Shown here: positions 35,211-46,463 of the stretch, one piece after another | Layout of the letters: every line of letters starts with the position of its first letter | How positions within the stretch are numbered: the stretch's first letter is position 1 | Assembly (NCBI GenBank): GCA_965637545.1 | Contig: OZ281495.1 | Span: 10,292,001-10,356,000, forward strand | Direction of reading: 5' to 3' | Length of the DNA stretch: 64,000 nt | DNA from: Phallusia mammillata | Taxonomy: Eukaryota | Position numbers and translations under genes: made by a program | The notes under the pieces: generated by a model | The model's database searches: none | What the model was told of the DNA's origin: nothing | What the model saw: only the letters and a program-made list of their open reading frames with translations

Positions 35211-37990
35211 AAGGACTACCGTTCAAATTCTAGGAGGAACTGTCCTCAAAGCAGGATGTCAAAACCGAGAAAACCTCTACGGGGAATCCCTTGTAGTAAT
35301 AGTCTTGAGTTCAACATCATGCAGCTAAATGTGGAAGGACTCACTTCATGCAAGCTTAACATCATCGAGCAGCTTGCCAAAGCCAACAAAGTCTCGATAA
35401 TCCTACTGCAGGAAACACATCGGACAACATCGGACAAGCTAACACTTCCAGATTTTGTGCTAGCGGGATTTATCCCCAGCAGAACACATGGCCTCGCCAC
35501 GTTCGTACGAGAAAACCTGAGCTGGACGCATGAGAGCCAATCTCCAACATCATCGGAGATCGAATGGCTCTGCACCAACGTCTGCGGGAATCACATCGTG
35601 AATGTGTACAAGCCGCCACCAACGCAATTGTCACCTTCGCCCTTCCCGGTGTTTCCAACCCCATGTATCTACGCCGGTGACTTTAACTGCCAGCACACAA
35701 CGTGGGGGTACAAATCAAGCAACACAGACGGAGAACAACTTGTCAACTGGGCCAGCAACGCCGGTCTCACCCTACTGCATCATCCAAAGGATGCCTGCAG
35801 TTTCCACTCTGCCCGCTGGAACACCGGAACTAACCCGGACCTGGCATTTGCGGCAACCGCCAGTGGCTTGCCACTTCCCGAGCGACGCGTGATAGCGAAA
35901 TTTCCTCGCTCTCAACATCGACCTTCACTGATCACTACAGGCAAATACGTAACATCAGTCACTAGCAAGCCTGTAAAGCGATGGAATTTTCGCAAGGCTG
36001 ACTGGAAACGCTTTTCCCTGATCACCAACGATGAAACGGACATGCTTCCAACACCCAACGACACCAACTTAAATCAAGCGTACCAGGAATTCTGTAAACT
36101 TCTCATAGAAGCGGCTAAAAAATGCATCCCACGAGGCTATCGAAAGACCTACACGCCGTGTTGGGACAGCGAATGCGACCGCCTTTACAGCGCCTTTCTT
36201 ACCGCACCCCCGGGTACCGAGACGGACGCATCAGCCACTTTATTGCTATCCCATCTCAACGAGCAACGTCGACATCGCTGGGCAGAAGCGGTGGAGTCCA
36301 TTGACTTCACACATTCCAGCCGGAAAGCATGGAGTACTATAAATCGACTCGCTGGCAGGTCGGCGACTCCGCCAGCAAAATGTCCCATTACCGCAAACGC
36401 CATAGCTTCGCAATTGGTCAAAAATGGAACCTTCTCGACATCAACTCGCGAATCATCACGACTCGTGACCAAAGAACTGTCAGCATTGCGGAAGGCCAAC
36501 GGACCGGACGCCAACCTGTCTGGGGATTTCACCATTGCAGAACTGTCTGTGGCCCTTCAACATCTGAAGTCTGGTAAAGCATCGGGCCCAGATCACCTTT
36601 GCCCAGAGTTTTTGCTTCATGCCGGAGCCACGCTAAAGTCCTGGTTGTGCAGCTTTCTTAACACCTGTCTGCGTCAGCTCAAGATTCCGAAAATCTGGAG
36701 AAAAGCGACAGTAATCGCTATCCCCAAGCCAAACAAACCTCTGGATGAAGCAAAGAGCTACCGTCCGATATCTCTGCTTCGCACACCATTTAAGATCTTT
36801 GAGCGCTTGATTCATGCCCGTGTAGAGCCAGTCATCGACCAACAACTCCCCCAGGAGCAGGCTGGTTTCAGATGCGGAAGATCCACTGTTGATCAAGTCA
36901 CTCTACTCACACAAGATCTGGAGGAAAGCTTCGAAGCTAAAAAGAAGACTGGTGCTGTTTTTCTAGACCTTACAGCTGCCTACGACACAGTCTGGCACCG
37001 CGGCCTTAATTGCAAACTGCTCCGCCTGTTGCCAGACAAGCACATGGTCGATATGATCATGGAGCTGGTCCACAACCGCAGCTTCGTACTCAAGACCAGC
37101 AACGGTCAGCAAAGCCGATTACGCCGCCTCAAGAATGGCGTGCCCCAGGGATCTGTTTTGGCTCCGCTACTGTTCAACATATACACTAGCGACATACCCA
37201 CTACAGTCTCTAAGAAGTATGCCTATGCCGATGACCTGGCTATCATGCATTCCGATAACGATTGGGAACACGTGGAAAAGACTCTCAGCCAGGACATGTC
37301 AGTCCTGTCAGGCTACCTTCGGATGTGGCGGCTAAGGCTAAGCGAGACTAAAACGGTTTCAGCGGCCTTTCACCTTAACAACAAGGAGGCCAAACGCAAG
37401 TTGTCCGTCCAGACCAATGGGAAAAGTCTGGACTTTAACGCCGCACCAACTTATCTCGGTGTGCAGCTGGATAGGTCACTTACCTACCGCAAACATCTTG
37501 TAACGAGCCGCAAAAAAATCACATCACGCGTTGCTCTTATCAGAAGACTGGCAGGCACTGGTTGGGGAGCCAGCGCGGACATTCTCCGTGTGTCTTCCCT
37601 AGCCCTTGTTTACGCCCCAGCCGAATACTGCGCTCCTGTGTGGGGCAGAAGCGCCCACACCCATCTTATTGATAAGTGCCTTAACGACGCAATGCGCATC
37701 GTCACTGGCTGCCTGCGCCCCACACCAGTGGACTACCTACCCATCCTGGCAGACATCCAGCCGGCTGACCTCCGTCGCAAAGAAGCCACATTACGTCTAG
37801 GACGCCGCGCTCTGATGGAACAACATCTTCTCTATCACAAGATCACAGAGCCGGCGCACAGAAAAAAAAGATTAACATCAAGGTGGCCTTTCGTACCGGC
37901 AGCTCTTGAGCTACTCGGCGACAATAGCACCTCAGACGGAACCGACTGGATGTCCACCAAGTGGAAAAAGAGATGGGAAACCAAGATGGA
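35116..37990 (+). mobile_element. Non-LTR retrotransposon (I group, Ingi/Vingi-like), 5'-complete and 3'-truncated
   Basis: Single EN-RT ORF with a ribozyme fold at the 5' end. No 3' tail, C-terminal zinc finger or right TSD; sequence switches abruptly to U3 intron sequence at AAGGTTTAAACCAAC. The clade call is from recalled motifs (QLNVEG, GTGWGA..LALVYAPAEYCAPVW), not a search. Confidence 0.85.
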
Positions 37991-38036
37991 AAGGTTTAAA
38001 CCAACACGACTTACCGATGCTACTGGGACGCATTGA
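35190..38036 (+). CDS. APE endonuclease plus reverse transcriptase; C-terminus runs into antisense U3 sequence
   Basis: APE motifs QLNVEG, LLQETH, GDFNC, TNPDLAF, SQHRP; RT motifs YRPISLL, EQAGFR, FLDLTAAYDTV, QGSVLAPLLF, YADD, TYLGVQLD. The listed ATG lies inside the ribozyme; ATG 35256 or later is more plausible. Confidence 0.92.
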   Translation: MPNRCCHKDYRSNSRRNCPQSRMSKPRKPLRGIPCSNSLEFNIMQLNVEGLTSCKLNIIEQLAKANKVSIILLQETHRTTSDKLTLPDFVLAGFIPSRTHGLATFVRENLSWTHESQSPTSSEIEWLCTNVCGNHIVNVYKPPPTQLSPSPFPVFPTPCIYAGDFNCQHTTWGYKSSNTDGEQLVNWASNAGLTLLHHPKDACSFHSARWNTGTNPDLAFAATASGLPLPERRVIAKFPRSQHRPSLITTGKYVTSVTSKPVKRWNFRKADWKRFSLITNDETDMLPTPNDTNLNQAYQEFCKLLIEAAKKCIPRGYRKTYTPCWDSECDRLYSAFLTAPPGTETDASATLLLSHLNEQRRHRWAEAVESIDFTHSSRKAWSTINRLAGRSATPPAKCPITANAIASQLVKNGTFSTSTRESSRLVTKELSALRKANGPDANLSGDFTIAELSVALQHLKSGKASGPDHLCPEFLLHAGATLKSWLCSFLNTCLRQLKIPKIWRKATVIAIPKPNKPLDEAKSYRPISLLRTPFKIFERLIHARVEPVIDQQLPQEQAGFRCGRSTVDQVTLLTQDLEESFEAKKKTGAVFLDLTAAYDTVWHRGLNCKLLRLLPDKHMVDMIMELVHNRSFVLKTSNGQQSRLRRLKNGVPQGSVLAPLLFNIYTSDIPTTVSKKYAYADDLAIMHSDNDWEHVEKTLSQDMSVLSGYLRMWRLRLSETKTVSAAFHLNNKEAKRKLSVQTNGKSLDFNAAPTYLGVQLDRSLTYRKHLVTSRKKITSRVALIRRLAGTGWGASADILRVSSLALVYAPAEYCAPVWGRSAHTHLIDKCLNDAMRIVTGCLRPTPVDYLPILADIQPADLRRKEATLRLGRRALMEQHLLYHKITEPAHRKKRLTSRWPFVPAALELLGDNSTSDGTDWMSTKWKKRWETKMERFKPTRLTDATGTH

Positions 38037-40084
38037 GTAATGTTGAAAACAAAATATGGATGTTGAGTATTCGTCACACAACTCGGATCAACGTCTTCAG
38101 GCTTAACATTCTCGTTGGGCGCGATGTACAAGATGCGTTCAACTTGTTTAGATTCTTTTCGTCAAGGCTATGATACAAAACAAGGTTTATGTGCAAAAAA
38201 GAAAGATAATTCTCTCACGCCACTCTAAATTGCACTGTTAACACTACAGAAAAACTGGCAACGTTTCACACGAGACATGCAACTGTACTTAAAGTAGAAA
38301 TGTACCGAATATTCGGTTTTCCGAATTTTTTTGTTCAAAACACACTCAAAATCTGCTTACTTGATAACCGTTGTTTCTCCTCATTCAATTTGGGCAGGAG
38401 GAGGGGGAGGGGGAGGTGGTGGACAAGCTGCAAATCAACAACAGATAATAAGCGTTGCGCAGTCCTACATATTTTACACAAGCATCAACATGACATCGTG
38501 GCGATTTGACGGCAGACGTATATGATAAGAATTTGTATTTGTTACACACATAACAAAACAACAGTCAGATCACACTTACTTCTCTCCACGTCAACATGAA
38601 GGTAAGTGTTAGAAGCCCCCGGTTGACTTTTGCTAGCATACATAAGTTGCACTTTGTCACCTCCAATGACCCAGGATTGGGAAGAATCAAACGCCCCGTT
38701 ATAGGTTCCATACCTTGTTTGGGACCCAGTTTTACCCAAAGCATCCTCATCCCAGTTTATCTAAAAGGTCAGGAGCTATTTACACTGAATAACGTGAATG
38801 TATCTGAAATAGGATCGTTTTATAAATACATGAAATGGTGAATGTTAACACAGTTTAATTACTAAAACTTGTTGAATTATCCATCTGTTTGTCGGAGTGG
38901 TTCGTAACCGGTGATTAATTACTTATAAAGAGCAATTTGTATTTTTAGAGGTAATTTTCTATTTGTTATTTTCGTGACGTCATCCTCCAGTGACGTCTTA
39001 GTTTGTAGATTGTAGTAACGATAATAAAAAAGTTCGGAACCATCGGCCTTCGTAACACAATTCTAAGCAAGATATCCCTTACGAAAAGATAGTCTGCCGC
39101 TGAAAAGACCATGTCCAGGTTGAACTGAAAAGTACATCCGACCTCAGCCTCAAACTTCCAAACGCAAAATAAGCCGGGTGTTAGTGGTGGGCCTCTTTCA
39201 ATTCTAGTAAAATCTGTTAAAGGAGCAGTGTTGATGCAGGTAAGAAATGAGTTGAAACCTGATGAACGTACACCACCGGTCTCTGTACCAACGTTAATAA
39301 AAGTGCCAAGCAACGTTTCAGTGTCATCCTTTCCGTCAAACACCTGTTCAGGCAAACAAAAAATTAAAAGATAACAAATTTAAAACATTCAATATCGGCA
39401 AAAATTGTCCGACCTTTTAAGCCGAAGAAAGCCAATAAAGTCACATACTTTGAAATGCATTTCCGTAAGGTTTTACAATACATTTTTTCCTAATTTTAAG
39501 CTTACAAGTTAATAAAGAAACAAACTTATTTCGTTGAAAAGCATCTTCAAAGGGTAATAGAAGACATTAGAATTAGAAAAGGCTAAATTCTTTTTCAATG
39601 AAATAAGCATTAAATTGTTCCTTACTAGATTGTCAACTGATTTTGACCCGAAAATAAACATTCCCCAACTTGTGATATAATCACCAAAACTTGGAAATTA
39701 TTGCAAGAATGATAATAGAACAGGGAAAGAATCAATTTATCAGGATTTAAGATGTTTTTTTTAACAAACAAATACGCATTACTTAATTTCAAATGCAGTA
39801 TCTATGTTTACCTGGCATTGGTCCCCAATGAAGCCGTTAGCCAGATAAATGGACGTACGAAACATACTTGAGATTATTACTGAAGCAAAATTGCAATTGG
39901 CGTCAATTACAATTTGTCCGCCACCGCTGGTGTCACGTGGAGCAGCTCCACAAAATCCATCAACTGAAATCGACGTAAAATAGATACCACACGTTTTATG
40001 AAACAAATTAATTTTACTCTTACCTTGACCTATTGTCAGGAAAACCAGCACAAAAAACAAATGACCCCACGCTGTAAAATCCAT
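38015..40084 (-). pseudogene. Array unit U3: recent duplicate of the U2 5' half, with C-D exon fusion, a frameshift and no exons H-L
   Basis: Exons A 40024-40084, B 39812-39963, fused CD 39083-39343, E 38580-38760, F 38361-38427, G 38015-38167 (153 nt versus 166 nt, a 13-nt deletion). The A/B region translation is identical to U2. Confidence 0.88.
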
Positions 40085-40531
40085 CGTAAAACTACTTGCT
40101 AAATGATTGAGACCCAACAAAATTAAGATCCGACTATTCTGTAAACGACCTCAGGTAGTAGCCTAATGAACACCCTTTATTGGGATCTGTATGCTTTATG
40201 TTACATTAACAGTGTTTCGCAAAGGCAGAAGGGATAGAGGATGCGTTTGGATTAGTCATTTGTCGGTTTGGCATGGATTGTTTTGCACTAAGGCTTTGAT
40301 TACCATACCAACGATATGGTTATTTTTAAACTGCGCTCTGGGCTAAAAAAATGTGAGAAAAATTTCCTAATCAATTTAAATTCAAAAGAATTTTGTTCAA
40401 TCACACGCAGAGTAAAACAGGCGAATAGCTCATTTGGCTGGATTCAAAAACTCCAACAAATCTAATAGCAATTGGGATGGCATTTTCGAGATAAACGACT
40501 GGAATACGTCAGTCAGTTTTGTAGTTTAATG

Positions 40532-41097
40532 CAGTGCTTCCCAACCGGTGGGCCGCGGCCCACTGGTGGTCCGCGACGAACTTTCTGGTGGGCCGCGAAG
40601 CTTTTCAAACTATTACCAATATAGAAGTTAAAAAAGTTGCACAGTATGTGCGAACGTACTTTCAATTTTAACATTTTTCTCAATAATATAATATTACTCA
40701 CTATGAAAGCCGGGTAAGATTTCACCTTAAACAAAGCTTTATTACACAAACAAACTGCAATTGTCGCGTCACAACAGTACTTGTACTAGTTGTAAAATAT
40801 TGATGCTAGAACTGTCTTTGTTAGCTTTATTTGGTCTTTGACTAGCTGCAAAATTGATGAAGCAAGGAAAGTAAAGAAAGAAAAGAAAAAAATCTCAGAA
40901 AGTAGTAGTGATCTCATCATATGAAATCAACAAGCTCAGGCTCCACATTAACAGAACTATTGCTTGTGTGGTTATTATTTTTCTGTCTCAATTTTAGTTA
41001 TTTTTCCATTGTGGTTTTGTCGCAATATTAAACGGTGGTCCGCCCCCAGAATTTTTTTTTTAATGGGCCGCGAGCTGGAAAAGGTTGGGAAGCACTG
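40532..41097. mobile_element. hAT MITE specific to the U3 upstream region
   Basis: TIR CAGTGCTTCCCAACC at both ends; perfect TSD GTTTAATG; empty site near 33504. Confidence 0.92.
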
Positions 41098-43125
41098 GTT
41101 TAATGCATACAGCGGCTTACGAGGTTTTCGAGTTTATACCAAACAGGACGGTGGAACTATATCAAGCCTAATCATCTATTGCTACACGAGCAACCCAAGC
41201 TTTGAATATCCTGTTTTCTGCTATGGTTCTAGCTACTTATGAAGCCGTTCCAGGTAAACACTATGGACGGAAATATCAGATTATTCATCCTTTTCACAAC
41301 ACAAACCATTCTGTTTACTGCAATGCTTCTGCCAGCATGCGAACCTTCTGGCATTTTTGTCTTTGTGCACAAATACCGTTTAGGGAAACATGGTAACGTT
41401 TAGCAACTGAAATAAGGGAACGCGAACCCCGGTTTAGGAAACGGAACGTTATATGGATGGTAATATCACACTTTGAATGATAGCAATGGTGTTGTGTGCA
41501 CTATATGGTCTTGTTACTCTGCTGCCTTATGCAGTATAGTTCAAAACTGCCCAGGAATATTTTTCGGCAAAAACGTAAATCTTCGTGTTTTGAGATTCAA
41601 ATTACATCAATGTGTTTTGACCTTAATTCATCAGCGGCCCGAAACAAACCACACTATGAAGGGTTATTTTGTTTGGAGAGTTGTAACCGGGTCCGAAATT
41701 GTGTCCTAAATTAGGCTTAAAAGTCAGATTAGGTAATGTGATATTACTTTACAAATGTTAATATAGGCCCTGATTCAAATTAGACATTCCCGAGTCCCTT
41801 ACAATTGTAATCCATGTGCATAAAACTAATCATGACAAGTAATGAGAGGTATTAACCGGGTTTGCTGTCTTACGCAATACATACGCCGGTTGCAGAAGCC
41901 TTTTCGAGCACAATGGTTGTGTAGTAAAGCAGAAAACATCAGAATTAGTCATCTATTGCAATGCAAACCAATTGAGCGCTACCGAATTTCCTGTTTTTTG
42001 ACGGAACAAAGCGAGCCGCGAACTGAGCGCTTGTGTTCAACTTATAGGTTGCTGACATCATTCCTTTTAACGATAAACTACACCAAAATGTAGCAGTTAA
42101 CATTCCTTTTTGGCATACATCTATACCAGGGCTTCCCAAACTTTTTCGATCGCGACCCCTTTTAATGTTCTTAAATTTTCCGCGCACTTTTATAGTTAAT
42201 ATAATAAACAGTGCAAAATATGCACTTCTTGTATTTATTACAGGCTTATTTCAAACGAAAAATTATAACAAGCTCCTGGTACTCAGAATGGCAACTACTT
42301 CAAAACAAAAGAGAAAACATGAATTTAGTGTGATGAGTACGACTGCTTTCTGCAACAAAGCAAGTCCAGCCGTGGCTCAATATTTGTTAATGCTGATCTT
42401 AAAGCTGTTTTAGGTTGCTAAAACTGCTGGAACGGTATTTTGTTTTGATTGCTGTCAACGTTGAAAACGCTGAGTTCCATAAGTACGTCGACACGAATGG
42501 CAGGGATGCGGTTGCTGCTTCGTCAGAGAATCATGGACATTAGCCTGTAACGCTACCCCGGCCACCCCGAGTTTGGGAAGCCCTGATCTAAACACGTGAT
42601 GCAAGTAATTAATGTTTTGTTTTAGTAAGTTAAAATCGACAGTAACTATGTGAGGTTCACATATATATGCATGAAGTACTTTGTTTGGGCAGTTTAAGTT
42701 ATGCTCATCTTAAATGAACAATTTTGGACAAAACCACGATTGAATGGTTGCGCCTAAACCTACGTACAGTCATAAAAACCTTGATCGGGATTTAAGGCTT
42801 GTAGGAAACGTTCGCTTGACATGAAAATTAACGATAACGATACATAATCCCATGTTTATTACCGTGTATCAGAAAGAACATAGGTTTCACAGATGAACAA
42901 GCACACAAAGCTTGAGAAGAACAAAACAAATGCCAACACATGAACAGCAAAAGAATATCGCGGAAGAGGCCACAGAGATTTGGATCGGCAAGCCAGTGGC
43001 AAAAGAATATCATTTGAAAACAATTGATACACAGTTGCCTGGGTTTCTTTCCAATTTTCTTTTACGGCATGGAAATTAGCCGAGAAAACTAGCAGTAACT
43101 TAGTTTTGTTCTTCGAGCTATTTCG

Positions 43126-46100
43126 CTAGTTTAAAGCGAAACGATACACAACACCACACACGAGAACGACCAGCACAACTGCAAGGAAAGCATACATTTC
43201 CTGGTCGTGCGAATCTTGAATGGATCGTAGCATTTCCTCAATATCAACGTATTGCACCCTTTTCCCATCATTTTCCTTCTGGAGCTCGGAGTAGGTGTGT
43301 TGAGAGGAGATGGTGATTGGACCAGCAGAAAGGAGTTGTTTATTTCCAGCGGTTGTTATCTCGCGACGACGGCGGCGCTTTTTGTCACACTAAAATGGAC
43401 GAAGGGCTTTTAGTTTTCCTGACTAAACGCGTTGGTCACTTAATTGATTAGCCTAAACACGGATTTTTTCGGATTTAAGTAATTTTCAGCGTTATAAGTT
43501 AACATGCCGTAAGCAGATATTTCTACCACTTGCAAAAGACAGCTTTTGTAGTTAGTCGTTCCAAATAAAAAGAATATTTTGCGATTTTGCGATGTATGAC
43601 GTTATCGCTTACCTCATCCGGGCAAAGTCCTGCGTCAGTATCACATATGGTGACGTCACAGTGCACGTACAATTCTTGTTCAGTGACGTTGGTCCACACA
43701 AAGGAACGAAATTTGAACTTTCCATAGATTGGGTGACTGTTTCTCATCACCACAATTGCATTGGCAGGATCGTATGGGTTTGATGCAGGGCAGCTGAATA
43801 ACAAAAAAACACAACGTTGTTGATTGCTTCTGTTTGAGCAAAAACGAAAATGTCGCTTTAGGCTATTGGCAAATATACTTCCGACAAGCAAAATTAGACC
43901 GTATAACGCATTTGAGAACGGAGGCGTTGCAAAAAGGGCCTTTTCGAGGAAGATGCACAATTTTTGTTCCAATATTTCGATGTTTTAAAACAACTACTTT
44001 AGGTAACGACAGAAACTTATTTCTGGCGACGCCGTCGTTGTAACTTATTTCTGGCGACGGGAAAGCAAAAACATGGTTTCCTCTTTTTAAACAAAACAAA
44101 AATTATTAATTTTAAGATTTATTATTAAGATTAATTCTTGATATTGTTTTAATGCTAAGCTATGTGTCATATGACATGTTATTTTACTTTGGTTCAGGTA
44201 GATATCAACAAAAAGATACCTGGCTGTGATGATGGGATATATTGGAGTGGACGTTGCTTCCATTCCCTCTGTAGCCCAGCATGACATCATCTACAACAAT
44301 AAATACATTATTGTTTTTGTTACAATTTCTTATCTAAACCACCATTAGGAATCATGTATTGATATGTTGTTGAATCGTCAAACCTAGTATCCCTTAACTT
44401 TTATTTCAGCACTTGCCACCTGATGTATTGAACTGGATTCAAAATTGGCCCTTCGGTTGTGTGCAAAAAGCTAATTGAGAACTTACATCAATTTGAAAAT
44501 TGTCTGCGGAATCAGGGAGATCAGAAAGTTCCACTTTGGCGAAAACGTAGTCAGAAACCATAACTGTGTCACCGTCGCTCAGAGGTTCTTCAAGTGAACC
44601 GTCGCTGTACAAATCTAATGACACCTCAAATTCTCCTTCTGCTGGATCAGTGTCAAATCCAATTTTCCTGCATTAACACAAGACCCACTGAATTATGAGC
44701 GAAAGCGTGTTTAATAATGTGCTCAGCAACTACATATGTCGTGAAACCTGAAAGTGTAAGTACAAATTTAATTCAGCTAACTTTGATATCTCGTGATATT
44801 TACATTATCTCCGGATTGATTTCAGATGAGCTGACTGTAACATTGGCATCAAACACACAGGTCACGTTAAGACAGTAGATTTTGTAGCGTTGCACGGGAG
44901 CCGATAGATCAAGGTATTTTTGGTTCCATATGATGTATGTTAGTTTGATCAGACCGTCAGATTTCTGGCATAATGTTAATTACGGTGTGTTAAACAACTT
45001 ATATGTTGAGGACACCCCTTTGATCAGAGACCGGTCCTTGCAAATTGGTTTATATTACTTGTACAATATTGAAGACACATATTTTTTAAATACTTTCCAT
45101 CTGTAAAAACATTAGCCTCTTACATTAATTATTATTTATACGGTTTTGAAGACGACATGAGGCTCATAATTTTCTTCAAAGTTTTTTATCATCAACATTT
45201 AATTTTTTTCTTTTATTTGCGTCTATCATTTTTAAGGTTTAAACCAACGCGACTTACTGAAGCTACTGGGACGCATTGAGTGATGTTGAAAACAAAATAT
45301 GGTTGTTGTATATTTGTCACACAACTCGGATCAACATCTTCAGGCTTAACATCCTCGCTCGGCGCGATGTATAAGATGTCAAGTGCTTCTGCGTTCAAGT
45401 TGTTCAGATTCTCTTCATCCAGACTATAAAGCAAAACAATGATTTTGTACGATGTATATTCATAATTTACTGACATAACTCTAAACTACATTTACATTTG
45501 AGCTGAACACGAACTGCAAACATATATTACAGTCAAAAACGTAACACTTTGTAATGAGAGCGTGAAAATATTTAGGTGATTGTGACTGAGTTGCACAGAA
45601 ACACATCAGAAAAGAATACTTTAACTCACTGCTGACATAGGCAACCGCCGGTCCGCGAGGGTTTCCTTGCCGGGCTGTATACTTTTTCAGGTATATTTTT
45701 TTAACATTCTGCCCTACTATCCCAGAGATGATAAACTAATTAAGACCTTATAATTGCTAAATATGTGTAGTTTTTTGACGGCCGGTGAGCGAAAAAATCA
45801 GTTTCAAAAATGGTCCGCAGCGCAAAAAAGATTGCCGACCCCTGCTTTAACTAATACCAATTTCATAAGACACGTCCGTAGTAAAATGAATCTATTGTCA
45901 AAACAAGTGCACAATGTGATTTTGAAGCAATACACGCTAAGATCAGCTTACTTGATAACCGTTGTTTCTCCGCATTCAGTTTCTGCAGAGTCATGGAATG
46001 AACAAACTGCAAACCAACAACAGGTAATTAGTAAGTTATTTCGCAGTCCTAGATATTTAATACAAGCATTCGTGTGAATAACGACGTGGCATGTTTCCTG

Positions 46101-46463
46101 GAATGAGCAAACAGCGATCGCAGGGAGTTTAAATTGTGTCCAACGTTTAAATAATTAAAAAAGGTTTGTTGATTTTTAGAAGAACTAGCATTGCCATGAA
46201 TGTAAAAAGACTTGCGTCTGAACGAGCGTGGTGAATTTAATAAATTCACTGAAACGAAATAAATCAAATCTATATGATAAAATTTTATCTGTGCCAAACT
46301 ATTGAATAAAATGCCAATCACACTTACACCTTTCCACGTCAACACAAAATTAGCGCAAAATTAATATTCGGAGTTTTATTACTAAAGAAATGTTATTCTT
46401 ACCTTGATCTATTGTCAGGACAACGAGTACAACAAACAACCGCCCCCATTTTGTAAAATACAT
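43126..46463 (-). CDS. Array unit U4: CUB-less signal-ZP-furin-TM protein, 379 aa
   Basis: Exons A 46403-46463, F 45952-46006, G 45258-45423, H 44804-44964, I 44487-44667, J 44220-44290, K 43613-43793, L 43126-43389; 1140 nt, no stops. A (phase 1) joins F (phase 1). Only an 18-nt scar of exon E remains (46328-46345). Confidence 0.82.

Larger units (their letters stand above)
37990..42475. repeat. Recent segmental duplicate of about 30420-34807 (U2 5' half plus upstream spacer)
   Basis: Near-identical sequence at an offset of +7570 (exon G) to +7020 (exon A); differences are small deletions and one MITE. Confidence 0.9.

Noticed and set aside
35116-35260. Hammerhead, twister or pistol ribozyme at the LINE 5' end
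   Set aside because: Their conserved cores (e.g. CUGANGA/GAAA) are absent, and the HDV-like topology explains all helices.
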